DNA of 63,721 nucleotides, counting the filler, from Octopus bimaculoides (Eukaryota): the NCBI RefSeq assembly GCF_001194135.2. It is 4 parts of 4 records of this genome, joined end to end, with 100 filler letters (N's around TTAATTAATTAA, not from the genome) between each part and the next. Parts side by side here need not be neighbours in the genome. Positions count along the whole stretch, not along the records: positions 11,706 to 25,798 come from NC_068997.1; positions 25,899 to 57,872 come from NC_068987.1; 2 more parts are not named here. The stretch is one strand, 5' to 3'. The notes beneath the pieces are model-generated. The model saw nothing but the letters and a program-made list of their open reading frames with translations, was not told where the DNA came from and did no database searches. The position numbers and the translations under genes were made by a program. Shown here piece by piece: positions 24,401-36,490 of this stretch (positions within the stretch are counted from its first letter, which is position 1; each line of letters starts with the position of its first letter).

Positions 24401-24907
24401 CTCCTGTGGGCAATAAAGAAATAAATATATAGCGATTTAGGTATTTAGCCGAGGAATTGTGGTGCATCTGCTCTGAGGAGGGGACAATAATCTCTGAAAT
24501 AAATCTCTACGAAACTTTTCTGCTTAGTTAAGAAAACACAGAAGAATACTTACACATTTTGCTGTGCCACACCTCACAGACTTTAACTTGAGCTGTTTCA
24601 CACCGTAGATCTTAAACAAAGGAATAAGATGAATTAGATTAGACATTCAATAGTCGTATATTCAATTCCCTATAAAGACACGGCCTTTTATTGTAATTAT
24701 GGGTGGGAAGTACATGTAATTCTTTATTGCTTTATGATAACAATATGTCAGCAGAAGGTTGGAAGACGTTGTTAGAATTTCTCTACGAAAGACTGTCGTC
24801 TTATCCAGGAATAATATTTCTGTGTATCTCATCAAATTAACATTACAAAACTGTCGCTAAGCCGGGTCTTAACTAAATCTGTCTGTGACTGAAGTTATAT
24901 GTGTATG

Positions 24908-24945
<38 letters not shown>

Positions 24946-25178
24946 GTCGTCGTCGTCGTCGTGGCCGTCGTCGTCATCATCATCATCATCATCATCGTCG
25001 TCGTCGTCGTCATCATCATCATCATCATCATCTTCATCGTCGTTGTCGTTGTCGTTGTTGTTGTAGTCGTCGTCGTCGTTCTTCTTCTTCTTCTTCTTCT
25101 TCTTCTTCTTCTTCTTCTTCTTCTCCTCCTCCTTCTTCTTCTTCTTCTTCTTCTTTTTCTTCTTCTTCTTCTTCTTCT
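24908..25178. repeat. Compound microsatellite (CAT)n(CGT)n...(CTT)n
   Basis: Direct reading. Confidence 0.95.
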
Positions 25179-25509
25179 GTTTGCTTGTTCAAAGGCCTTC
25201 TCTGATCCCGTACACCTACTAATAACTGCCTTCCACCCAATGACCATTCCATCGATTGCAGACGTTTTTGAGAGGACGACACTCTTCAAGTTGTCCTTCC
25301 TCTATTTAAGAGATCAACCACACATAGAACACCACATATTTGGCTCAAGGCCAACGAGAAACATTAGCTTTATCACGTCAAAACACATGGGACACTCATG
25401 AGCGACTCCTGCTTATGTTTCAGACATGTAAAGCTAGTCACCGTGCCCACGTTAAAAAGGACATAATTGCTCTCCTTCAGATCCTGTTTCTTTTTCATCT
25501 GTTTCTGAA

Positions 25510-25760
25510 TTAAGTCAAGATGGCGACAGAATATCGGCTGTTGTTAGTTTAGATATAGTTTCGGAAAAGATCAATTCAGCTATGAATTTACCCTAAAATG
25601 TGAAAGTTAATTGGTCGAACAGTATTATAAATGAACCGTTCATTAATTAGGGCAAGATCTTGTTGATTGGTGACGATAATTACAACTGTTTGTAAATAGG
25701 GGGGGGGATTGGAATTCAGGCTGGTCAAATATGGCGTGATATCAATGGAAAGTAAAATGG

Positions 25761-25770
<10 letters not shown>
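25510..25770 (+). promoter_or_regulatory. Candidate promoter / first exon with clustered YY1-type ATGGCG motifs
   Basis: CAAGATGGCG (25516-25525), AATATGGCGT (25728-25737) and AAAATGGCGG (25754-25763), all on plus, just before a scaffold join. Confidence 0.4.
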
Positions 25771-25798
<28 letters not shown>

Positions 25799-25898
25799 NN
25801 NNNNNNNNNNNNNNNNNNNNNNNNNNNNNNNNNNNNNNNNNNTTAATTAATTAANNNNNNNNNNNNNNNNNNNNNNNNNNNNNNNNNNNNNNNNNNNN
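25799..25898. other. Assembly join marker N44-TTAATTAATTAA-N44
   Basis: Same structure as 11606-11705. Confidence 0.9.
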
Positions 25899-26427
25899 TT
25901 CTTTATAATCACAATCTATGCCCGTTTGGAAGGGATTTGTATAAACTGTCAGTTTGGTGACAATTTATATCTATTTTCCTGAAAGTTATGAGGGGAAAAA
26001 GTCAGATCGTGTGGATTTTCCAAAACTCCTCTCTCCACTCCCTTGGAAAAATTCTTTCTCATAAATCCCTATATACTTTGAAGCCACAACATCTAAGTGG
26101 TATTTGTAGAAAATTTTGTTGAGAAGTATCCATTTTTCTGGATGTTGTATGGCAACAAAATCAGGGGTGTATACATCTGTAGTGACATCCTTTTTATTTA
26201 TACGATTTTTTCATTTGATGTTTATTTCATTCATTGTTTGCAATTTTCTCTCTCCCTCTCTCTCTCTCTCACACACACACATACACTGCAAATCTTACAG
26301 ATGGGCTGCTGAATTGAAATCTATATGTTGCTTTGAGGGGAAGATAAAACAGTTTGCTGCTTCTTCTTCTGTTGTTGGACTACCGTGATGTTTGTTTAAA
26401 AAAGAGAGATTATGACTGATAAAATAA
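25899..26427 (+). repeat. Direct duplication, copy 1 (copy 2 at 27878-28456)
   Basis: Both begin TTCTTTATAATCACAATCTATGCCCG and end ATGACTGATAAAATAA, with scattered substitutions and different (CT)n lengths. Confidence 0.95.
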
Positions 26428-27159
26428 TGAAAGCAATATTTACTAAGCAAGCAAGCACTATTATACAAAGAAATTATTACATGTAAATTATAAAAATTAT
26501 TAGAATTGGGAATCAGGTGGCTAGTAGAAAACCACCCAGAAGGCAGCCTTTCTGCTAGTGCATCTAATGTCTTTATATGTGAATATATATGTATGTCTAT
26601 GTATATATCTGTATACACATATATCACGGGTTTCTTTTAGTTTGTCTAATAAAACCATTCACCAGATATGGGCTGGATATAGCCATTTTAACCCTTTAGT
26701 GTTCAGATTACTCTGTCAAAGGTAATATTTTTTTATTTAAATTGTTTTGAATTAATTATGTGATTGTTTATTTTCAGAATGTTAGTGTAAGTTAGGTGTG
26801 AAAGGTTAGATATGGCCAATTTGAATCTGAAACATGTAGAATGCTTGAGCTGGATTTGACCAGTTTGAATGTTAAGGGGTTAAATTGTTAAATGTTGCTA
26901 ACTTACTTGCATTGTTGTATATTTGTATGTACATATACACTTGCCTGGATGCCATGTGTTGGTTGTGAGCATGCATCAGTTATGGAAGAGAAGTCATTCA
27001 TTTAAGTCTTGCCTAGTCATGGGGGGAAATATTACATTGTTTGCAAAATGGTGTGGTTGAATTGCTGCCTCGACATATAACCCATGCAAAAATGAATGTA
27101 AAACGCTGATGATGAGTCTTGTTAAATTTAATATTAGGCTTTGTTTTTCTTTTTGGCAG

Positions 27160-27246
27160 GTGAAGAGAAAGTATGTTCTCGGATATTGTATATAGAAGGA
27201 TACTTTAAACATTTCACTTTATTGCAGCTGTCAGATTTCTTTGATG
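27160..27246 (+). CDS. Candidate internal exon of an unidentified gene ((G)EEKVCSRILYIEGYFKHFTLLQLSDFFD)
   Basis: Strong acceptor TTGTTTTTCTTTTTGGCAG, donor GATG|GTAAAA, 87 nt phase 1-1 open frame. Confidence 0.4.
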
Positions 27247-27441
27247 GTAAAATTCTTTTGAAGAAAGACAGGTCAGTTTTTTTCTTTTTCTTTTCCTTCT
27301 CTCTCTAAGTAGACACACTTGTTTTGAATTAGTCATTATTTAAAGTTGCTGGCAAGAATAGAAATTCAGTATTAGGTAAATAAGTTAGGCTAGAATTCAC
27401 CATTCCAGCAGCAACTCCAATACAGAATGTAATATTTTCAG

Positions 27442-27485
27442 GTATAGTTTGCTATGAAACTGTTGGAATACTAGAAAGTATATGA
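27442..27485 (+). CDS. Candidate next exon (GIVCYETVGILESI*, or spliced at 27477)
   Basis: Acceptor ATATTTTCAG, phase matches the previous candidate; short. Confidence 0.3.
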
Positions 27486-27877
27486 AGGGCAGTATCTTGT
27501 TAATGGTGTTGGTGATGATTGTTTAGCTCCAGGTTAGACCCATTTGAACAGATCTATGATCAAAAATGTTCTAACTGAATATGTTATCTTTTTTTGAACT
27601 CTGGCCATCAAGGATTTCATAATCCGATGTTTCTTTCCATTTTTTAACATAGCCCAATCTGTCTTAGATGTTGGATTTGTCTATTTTCAACTGGTCAAGT
27701 AAGGACAAAGATAATGTTTATTCCTTGACATTTGGGTTTAAAGTTGTTGTCCGGAGTGGAATGATATGAGGGAGTGTTTTCAAAATTTTTCAAACAAAGA
27801 TCCCCCTAACAACATCATTTCAAAGGTTGTGGCTTAAATAGAAATGGCGACCCCCCCCCCCAATTTTCCCCATATAA

Positions 27878-28257
27878 TTCTTTATAATCACAATCTATGC
27901 CCGTTTGGAAGGGATTTGTATAAACTGTCACCAAAGTGACAGTTTATATCTATTTTCCTGAAAGTTATGAGGGGAAAAAGTCAGATCGTGTGGATTTTCC
28001 GAAACTCCTCTCTCCACTCCCTTGGAAAAATTCTTTCTCATAAGTCCCTATATACTATGAAGCCACAACATCTAAGTGGTATTTGTAGAAAATTTTGTTG
28101 AGAAGTATCCATTTTTCTGGATGTTGTATGGCAACAAAATCAGGGGCGTATACATCTGTAGTGACATCCTTTTATTTATACGATTTTATCATTTCATGTT
28201 TATTTCATCCATTGTTTGCAATTTTCTCTCTCCCCCTCTCTCTCTCTCTCTCTCCCC

Positions 28258-28310
<53 letters not shown>

Positions 28311-28456
28311 ACACTGCAAATCTTACAGATGGGCTGCTGAATTGATATCTATATGTTGCTTTGAGGGGAAGATAAAACAGTTTGCTGCTTCCTCCCTCTG
28401 TTGTTGGACTACCGTGATGTTTGTTTAAAAAAGAGAGATTATGACTGATAAAATAA
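27878..28456 (+). repeat. Direct duplication, copy 2
   Basis: See 25899-26427. Confidence 0.95.
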
Positions 28457-29840
28457 CCACAAATGAACCATGAATAATTTCTTTTGTAAATTTGTTTATA
28501 GAAATTCATTTTTCAGTTAATGAATTAACATTTTTGATAAAAGATNNNNNNNNNNTTGATTATGAATATCAGTTGCTAAGTAGAGTAATATAATATTTTA
28601 GTTATCTGCTTACCTAGTGCAATGAAAGTTATAATTCCGACATTTTCTATTTGCAGATATATAGTCGTGAAGTTTAAAGATATCAAGACATCTAAGAAAT
28701 ATTTTACACAATTAATGAAATTAACTAACAATAATGAAATTGTGACAGTAAAATATCTCCCTAAACGCAAATAAAGGGCACAGTAAGATCACTGTAATAT
28801 TTGATGCAATAACTGATGACTTTGTAAAAAAAAAAAAAAAATATTTCATTTGAGTAAAAGGTTTATTCCAGAACTGTATTTGTCGTTTTCAATATTTTTA
28901 TGTTACTGCTGTGTTTCAATGCTCACTCCATCAATAAATAAATATTATTGGACATTTTATTTTAGCAGATTTACCACTGTAAAAAAATCTGTTTTCATTT
29001 TCTTCTTTGTAGCTGAAAGAGGAGGGCAGCCAATACCTATGTATTTTATAACAGGAAGTTGAAAATTTAATCTCCCACTGCCAAATTTGGTTTTGCAACT
29101 GAATTATAGCTTGTTTTAGATGTTAGAAAAGGAGCAAAGTTTTCAGTGTTAATCTTTTTGACTTGATGCATTATGAAGAAGAAAAAGCAAGAATTTGTTG
29201 TATTCAGTTTATTAACTTTTGTACATATAACACCAAAAAGAATATAAAATGGAGTTACAGTTGTTTTTCATGGACTGGAGGTGACACACAACAAACAATA
29301 TGGAACTTATAACTTACAGTGGACAAGGTAAAAAGACAAATTCAGTATGATTTCATAAAGTAAATAATTTAGCAAGCTTCAAGACCTATGTCCATTTCAT
29401 GAAACAATAATATTATAGATTACATGGGTAATCTATATATAACCTTGCATATATACTGAAAAATTTTTTTACATTGGCACAAGTGGATTGGTATTTTATC
29501 AATCCTGGAAGGATTTGATTTCTATACAATGAAAATAGTAAGCTGAAGCATTTAACTGGAAATGATACATATTGCATTCAAAATTTCTTATTGATAAATT
29601 GTTTTTTTCTTTTGTACAAACATAATTTGAAAAATATAAGTTTATTTAGACATTACATTTTCAAATCAAATTTTTCTAAGGAATAGTTTGATATGATGTC
29701 AGAAGTGTTGCTGTCTTGCTTTAGAAATAAATATAAAGTACACAGTTATATATTACAACTGTAGGTTGGATTTTTTATTTTCCCTAAAACCAATTTATCT
29801 GCATTCCATGAATTCTTTGAACACAAAAGAACTTCAAAAA

Positions 29841-29878
29841 TTAAGAATATGATTTCAACAGAATCATTGTGATGGCAC
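29841..29878 (-). CDS. MOSPD1: MOSPD1 terminal coding exon ((G)AITMILLKSYS*)
   Basis: Acceptor TTTTGTTTTTGTTTATTTCCAG, phase 1; completes YVLG-AITMILLKS like human YILG-LITMAILRT*. Confidence 0.85.
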
Positions 29879-30939
29879 CTGGAAATAAACAAAAACAAAA
29901 TGGTTGGCTATCTCAAAAAAAAAACACGAGTAGAATGATTGATAGATTCACACAACTATGCTTAGCATGAAATAAAAAAAACTACATCTAGCCAGATATT
30001 CTTATTTCTACCCAACAAAAATGTGCTGTTTTGTAGAATAAGATTGGGCTTGGGAAAGAATTGAAATTGTAAAAATGTTGAGGATTAAGGAAAACAATAT
30101 ACTGTTAAAAAAAGACTTAAGGTCACACTGAAAGCTCATCTGTACACTCGGCTATACATCTAACCTTCTCCTTCCCAAATAATTTAACAGTAGAAAAAAA
30201 GGATTACTGAATATTGTATGAACGACCACATATTTAATGTTTTGAAAATATTGTGAGACAGTTAATTTTTATGAGGTGTCAATGAAATACTTTGAAGAAA
30301 ATCAGAGCTCTAAACCAGATATTTTGTTACACTGATTCAAATCTAAAGCTTCATCTTTCTGAGATTAATAAGTCCCAGTATTGAAGTTGCTACAGTGTGT
30401 GAAGACATGTAAGATGGTTGGACAGGCAAGGATGTGGTAAAAAGTTTGCTTCCCAGCCACATGGTTCCAGATAAGTCTCAATGCATGGCACCTTGGGCAA
30501 GTGTCTCCTCAGGTCAACCAAAGCCTTTTGAGTGGATTTGGTAGATGGAAACTGAAAGAAGCTTGTTGTGTATGTTTATCTGTATTTTTAGTTCTGCTGG
30601 GCACCCATCACACCTTTCCCAAGGAGACGTATTCAAAAAGAGGAGTTGCTTTAGTCATATCCCGAGAGAGTAGGAGGTACATTGTTGCCAATTTGTGGCT
30701 CCACAAGGAGACAGCCTAGACCTTATTAGATTGGAACATTAAGGATGATGTAAAAAAATCATGGGTAAAATGCATCAAGAGTCGAAGCATAAGTGGAAAT
30801 GCCAAAGATGAACTTTGCAAGTAGAGTCGCTCGTTGATCACAGATTTAATTGATGATTTAAGATTTGACAGTAAACCTAATACTGGGTCCTTCTTTCTCC
30901 TTGATCTTTCCCTTTCCTAAAAAAAAAATATATCCCATA

Positions 30940-31120
30940 CCTGCCTCTTTGAGCTTTCCTTCATCTGAAAGTTGTGTTTTATTCAGTGCAGCAATGCTAA
31001 CATTGAATCTTGCAAGTTCTTTCGAGATGAGGGCAGCTGGTCAGTCGGAGTTGTCAGTGTCCAAAAGGGTCCTCACATTCCAAGTTCCTATGGTCAGTTT
31101 TGCTTTGGCCTTAAGATTTC
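30940..31120 (-). mobile_element. BovB-like RTE (family B), AP-endonuclease N-terminus, inverted relative to the rest of the element
   Basis: Minus-strand KLTIGTWNVRTLLDTDNS...ELARFNVSIAAL.ETQLSDEGKLKEAG (APE WNVR motif). Confidence 0.7.
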
Positions 31121-31289
31121 GGCTGCTATATCCCCCTCTATTTCATCTAAAGCTTCAAGTAATACACCTCTAAATTTAGTGTTACAAGCACATGAAGGGT
31201 ATCCCACTGAGTGCTGCTACCCAGCCAGGAAGGGAAAGTGACTTCCAATGTTTATCCCTCTTTTTATTGGGCCTTCCCTTTTTGGGGTA

Positions 31290-31890
31290 GTCTGCCCAGA
31301 CAAAAGTGCTCCTATTACCCTTATACCAGTAGACTTTTAAAATTTTGTTTTGCAGGAAAGTAAGACAAAGGAAGAAAGCTGATGATGTGCATTTGATTAA
31401 AGTGGACCATGACTTTGCAGGTGGTAACCCACACACTGATTTCAAGACCATCTTTTGTGGCACATCTCCAAAGCTGCCAAACGCCCTATCAGAATCTCTG
31501 AAAGAAAGAACCAAGATTGGTTTGATGACAACAGAAAGGAAATCAACAGTCTGATTGATGAGAGACAAAAGGCTTGGTTATCTCATGAAAAATATTTAAT
31601 ATCTAGGTTTCAGAAAATTCGCTACAAGAAGATTTAACAATAGTGCCAAACCCAGCTGAGAGAGTTGCAGGAAGCTTGATGGCAATAGAATGCAGGGGCT
31701 TTCCAACAGTATGCTGACGCTCAAGATCTTAGAAACTTCTATGCTGTAAAGTTGTCAAATGGCATTCTACTTGCAGCAGAAAATGTTAATATCCTAACTG
31801 ACCCACAGGACATCCTAGACTGCTAGTAGAAACATTTTTCTGTTTTGCTAGATGTGAGTCAACAACAACAGAGTTCATGAGAAAAGTCTC
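31290..31890 (+). mobile_element. BovB-like RTE family B, pre-RT segment
   Basis: RKNQDWFDDNRKEINSLIDERQKAWLSHE and YADAQDLRNFYAV, with stops. Confidence 0.7.
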
Positions 31891-31904
31891 TTTCCATCCA
31901 TCCA

Positions 31905-34250
31905 GATTAAGATTGCACCCCACAACATAGGTTAGTAATTAGTGACTTCAAGATCAGAGCTAAAAGGCTGCCCAGAAGACAACCAGCATGGAAAAGAAGG
32001 GTCTGGAAGCTTAAGGATCCTCTGAATGGACAGATATTTAGAGGTGCATTACTTGAAGCTTTAGATGAAATAGAGGAGGATATAACATCACATAATGTGG
32101 AAGACAACAGGACTGCCTGTTGAGGGCGACTGACAAAATCTATGGCTGGTGCAAAGTCCCATCTCGACATAAAGTAATGTGGTGGTGGAACAATGTAGTT
32201 GACAGGGCCATTAGGGAAAAGAAACAGGCATGGAAGAACTGGAAGTGTGGTGGTAGCAGGGAACTGTATCAGATCGCCAAAAGGGAAGTTAGGAGACAGG
32301 TTTACTGAGCCAGAAGGGAAGTGGGTAAGAAAAAATTTGCCAATGTTTTGTATCATGAAGACCAGAGACTTAAAGTGTTTTCAGTTGCAAGATGGTGTCA
32401 TAGGAGAGAAATGTGTCTGCATGGATGATGACTCACTTGCATTTAGTGATACTGCAAAGAGAGACTATGAAAGTTTGCTAAATGAAGAGAAAGAAAATCT
32501 GCCAAATGTCAACCCAATAGAGGGACTAGCTATTCGAATTGACAGTACCTTGGTAGATAAAGCAATTAATGGTATGAAGACAGGGAAAGCCCCCAGTCCA
32601 TCAGGAATCACTGCTCAGATGCTTAAAATATCTGGCAGTGTAGTCTATAGTCTAGTCACCTGTATAGTTAAACAGGTGATGCACAAAGGAGCCATACCCA
32701 ATGACTGGTCTAGCAGTGCTACAAAGGTAAAGATGACGTATTAGATAGAAATAATTACAAATTGTTGGATCAGGTGATGAATGTCACAGAGAGGGTCATA
32801 GGCCTTCTAATTAGGGAGAGAGTTTAGATAAAATGTAGTTTGGGTTTGTGCCAGGGAGAAGCACTACTGATGCTATATTTCTGGTAAAACAGCTGCAGGA
32901 GAAATTCCTAGCCAAAGATAAACTTCTGTACTTGGCTTTTGTTGACATGGAGAAAGCCTTTGACAGAGTCACCCAATCCCTTATCTAGTAGTCAATGTAG
33001 AAACTAAGGATAGATGAGTGGTTGGTAAGAGCCGTACAAGCCCTGTCAGTAATGTGAGGGTTGGTAATGAGTATAATGAAGAATTCCAGGTAGAAGTGGG
33101 GGTCCACCAAGGATCAGTCCTCAGCCCCCTCTTATTCATCATAGTCCTGTGGGTAATAACAGAGGAATTCAAGACAGGCTGTTCCTCTATGCTGATGACC
33201 TTGCTCTAATTGCTGAGTCACTACCAAAACTAGAGAAGTTTCAGGTGTGGAAGCAAGGTCTAGAATTAAAGGGCCTTAGAGTCAATGTAGCAAAATCCAA
33301 AGTCTTAGTAAGTAGGAAGACAGACAAATCACGAATCCCTTCAGGTAGCTGGTCCTGCTCAATCTGTAGAAAAGGTGTAGGTAGAAACTCCATAAGATAT
33401 ACCTGGTGTAAGCTATGGACAATATCAAAGGAAGGTTAACTGGGAAGATAGTTTTCGTATGTGGCAGATGCACAGGTGCAATAAACACCGAAGATGTGCA
33501 GAAAACATTCCATCACATGCCAGGGGGAAAAACTAGAAGTAGTTACCTAGGTGACCAAGTCATTAGTTGGGGTGGATACTCTGAGAGTGTAGCTGCTAGA
33601 ATAAGAATAGCCTGGGCAAAGTTCAGAGAGCTCCTACCTCTGCTGGTAGCAAAGAGCCTCTTACTCAGAGTGAAAGGTAGACTGTATGATGCCTGTGTGC
33701 AAACAGCCATTCTACAAGGCAGGGAAACATGGGCTGTGACTGCTGAGGATATGCATATGAAACTAGCATGCTCTGCTGGATGTGTAATGTCAATGTGCAG
33801 AGTGTAACTGCCCTGAGAGAAAAGTTGGACATAAGCATCAGATGTAGCATGCAAGAGAGATGACTACACTGGTATGGTCGTGTTGTGTATGGATGAATAC
33901 AGCTGTGTGAAAAAGTGTCACACCCTAACAGTGGAGGGAAACCCAGGAAAACATGGTATGAGGTTGGGCCTCACAGAGGCAATAACAAGCAACCAAGACC
34001 TTTGGAAATATGCTGTGCTTGAGAAGACCCGGCAAGCCAAGTGAGATTGTAGTCATGCTTGTGAAGACCTGTTGAATCAAGTGAAATTGTAGTCGTGGCC
34101 AATGCCAATGCTGCTGGATTGGCTCCTGTGCCGGTTGCATGTAAAAAGCACCATTCGAGCACAGCTGATGCCAGTGCCACCTGACTGACATGTAAAAAGT
34201 ACCATTCGAGCTTGACCAATGCCAGTTCCACCTGACTAGAATGATGATGT
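31905..34250 (+). mobile_element. RTE family A (PHD-bearing) LINE, 5'-truncated and degenerate, nested in family B
   Basis: WWWNNVVDRAIREKKQAWK, MKTGKAP.PSGIT, LAFVDMEKAFD, VGVHQGSVLSPLLF, LYADDL, C-x2-C zinc motifs, then 3' UTR. Confidence 0.9.
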
Positions 34251-35110
34251 CAACCTTGAATGAATGCTCTCTGCAGTGCCAAGAGTTCCTGAATGCAATG
34301 TAAACAAGAAAAGCCCCAGGATTCAATAACATCCCTTCAAATTGCTGCAACATAGCGAATTGCTGTGCAAACTAAAACTCTTCACTGATGTGGAAGGCAT
34401 ATCATGATCTCGAAGATGCCATCTCCTATTCAAGAAAGGAGAGAAAATGCTGTGGAAATTATCATGGAATCTCACTACTTGCTATTGCAGAAAAGATCTT
34501 TGCTTGAATACTCTCAAAGTGTCTTCAGGTAATCACAGAAATAGTCCTTCCAGAATCCAATGTGGTTTCTGAGCTCCCTGTGGTCTTCTATGCGACAAAT
34601 TCAAGAGAAATGTCAAAAACAACAAAACTCCTTTTCCTTGTCTTCTATGATCTGGTAAAGGCTTTCGACTGTATCTTGACCTGCCATGTATCCACGTGTC
34701 ATGATTGTTTTGTCTCCATGGCCCAAGCCATGCTGAAGGTGGTGACAGGAAGTGCCTTACATCATGATTGATTCTCAATTGCATATGCATGTGGATTGAA
34801 ACAAGGTTGCGTTCTCACTCCTATGCCTTTCTCCCATACATTTTGCTGTAATGATCTATGAACTTCTGGATCAGCCAAGAATGGATATCAGATGTTTTGA
34901 TGAAGGACTCTTCAACCTGGTGAGGTTTTAGTCAAAGAATCTCACCAGTAGCAAGTGAATTTCAGACTTCCAGTAAGCTGATGACAACATGGTACACAGT
35001 CACTCATGCTTAAAAAGGTAACAACTATCAATAATTTCAACAATATGTAACGTTTTGGGCTTACTACAAATGCTGAAGTCCTTGCCTAACCAGCCCTGAA
35101 TTGTGCCATT
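34250..35110 (+). mobile_element. BovB-like RTE family B, RT segment
   Basis: KAPG, FKKGE..CGNYHGISLLAIAEKIFA, VLPES.CGF, FYDLVKAFD, GLKQGCVL, ADD-like motif; frameshifted. Confidence 0.75.
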
Positions 35111-35873
35111 CTGGACTTCAACATTGTCATTTAACTTAGCAGTTCAGCAAATATGACCAATAGAATAAATACTAGAGTTAATTCATTTGACTAAGCTATT
35201 CAATGACTGAAACAAGTAAAAGAATAAAATAGCAGTAAAAAAATGTTTACAGTATGTAATTTAAGAAGTATGAAGCTTTATTGTAACTGATAATTGTGGT
35301 TGCCTGATAAGTGGCAGGTCACATGGATCTTGTTACTGGGCTTTTTGCCTTTGTAATCAGTGTTTATAACATCTACATTATGAATGTTGACCATCAACCT
35401 CACCTTGTTTGGTAAACTAAATATTTTGACTCGTGGTCCACTAAATATAACAAAATCACAAATTTGTATTACTAAAATTAGAATTTCTAATATCTCAAAT
35501 GAAACAAAACTTGCAATTGATTATATTACATCACGTGAACAAAATACTCAACTTTTGCTAGTCCAGTCTACTAGGGTGTAAAAATGCTCAGCTGGACACA
35601 GCAAGGAGTACTAAAATTTATGAAAATTTTTAGACATGAACTCCCCTATATCCAAAAATATCCCCAATCAGTTAAGTGACATAGTAGAAGAGTACAATCT
35701 ACTATCTGAAAGGAAGATATGACATAATTGTCCTAGATATACTGTCTAAAAAAGGGGAGAAAAATGAGATGGTCATGACAGGAACACTTGCTTGATCAGG
35801 GCTCATCTGATCCTTAACAATGAGTAAACTTAATTAAGTATTCCATAAATTAAAATATAAAATCAATACGTAC

Positions 35874-36035
35874 CAAGAACATAAGCTGCCACACACTTTT
35901 GATTGACCGTAACTCTGAGAAAGGATGGCACCATAGTATCTGGGGTAGTGCCTTCATTAGGTAGCATCAAGACAGCTATACAAATCATACTAAGACTTAT
36001 AAGGAACATACTGGGCCATTTTGTTAAGGTTTGAT
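35874..36035 (-). CDS. MOSPD1: MOSPD1 transmembrane exon
   Basis: Acceptor AATTTCTTTTCAAG, donor G|GTACGT, 162 nt phase 1-1; QTLTKWPSMFLISLSMICIAVLMLPNEGTTPDTMVPSFLRVTVNQKCVAAYVL versus recalled human [46 protein letters not shown]. Confidence 0.92.
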
Positions 36036-36147
36036 CTTGAAAAAGAAATTGGAAGAAACCAGTTATTTTAGAATATTAAATTTTGAAGTCAGTGTTATAA
36101 AATATAGATAAGTAAAGAACAGTATGAAAATGATACTTGAGTTAAGT

Positions 36148-36490
36148 GCAGGTGTAGTTGTGTGGTAAGAAACTTGCTTCCCAACTACATGGTTCTAGAT
36201 TCAGTCCTACTGTGTGGCCATTGGGCAAGTGTCTTCTATAACCTCAGGCCAACCAAAGCTTTGTGAGTGGATTTGGTAGATGGAAACTGAAAGAAGCCCA
36301 TCATATATATCTTTGTTTATCCCCCGCCACTGCTTGACATCCCCATAACAGTTTGGCAGAGAGACTGATAGAATAAGTACTATGCTTTAGAAAAAATGTA
36401 CTGGGGTCAATTCATTTGACTAGAAATTCTTCAAGGCAGTGCCTCAGCATGGCTGCAGGCTAATGACTGAAACAAGTAAAAGATACAAAA
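36148..36490 (+). mobile_element. tRNA-derived SINE (family of 22125-22550)
   Basis: GTAGTTGTGTGGTAAGAAAC head, TTCAGTCC, conserved tail ATGACTGAAACAAGTAAAAGA. Confidence 0.8.

Noticed and set aside
23991-24424. N/S/T-rich and poly-Leu ORFs resembling mucin or signal peptides
   Set aside because: Degenerate trinucleotide repeat open in several frames on both strands.
24873-25401. Poly-His/Arg/Ser/Glu ORFs
   Set aside because: A compound microsatellite open in most frames.
26780-26795. 9-nt microexon between a strong acceptor and GTAAGT
   Set aside because: The phase needed by the next candidate exon gives a stop; such short matches are common by chance.
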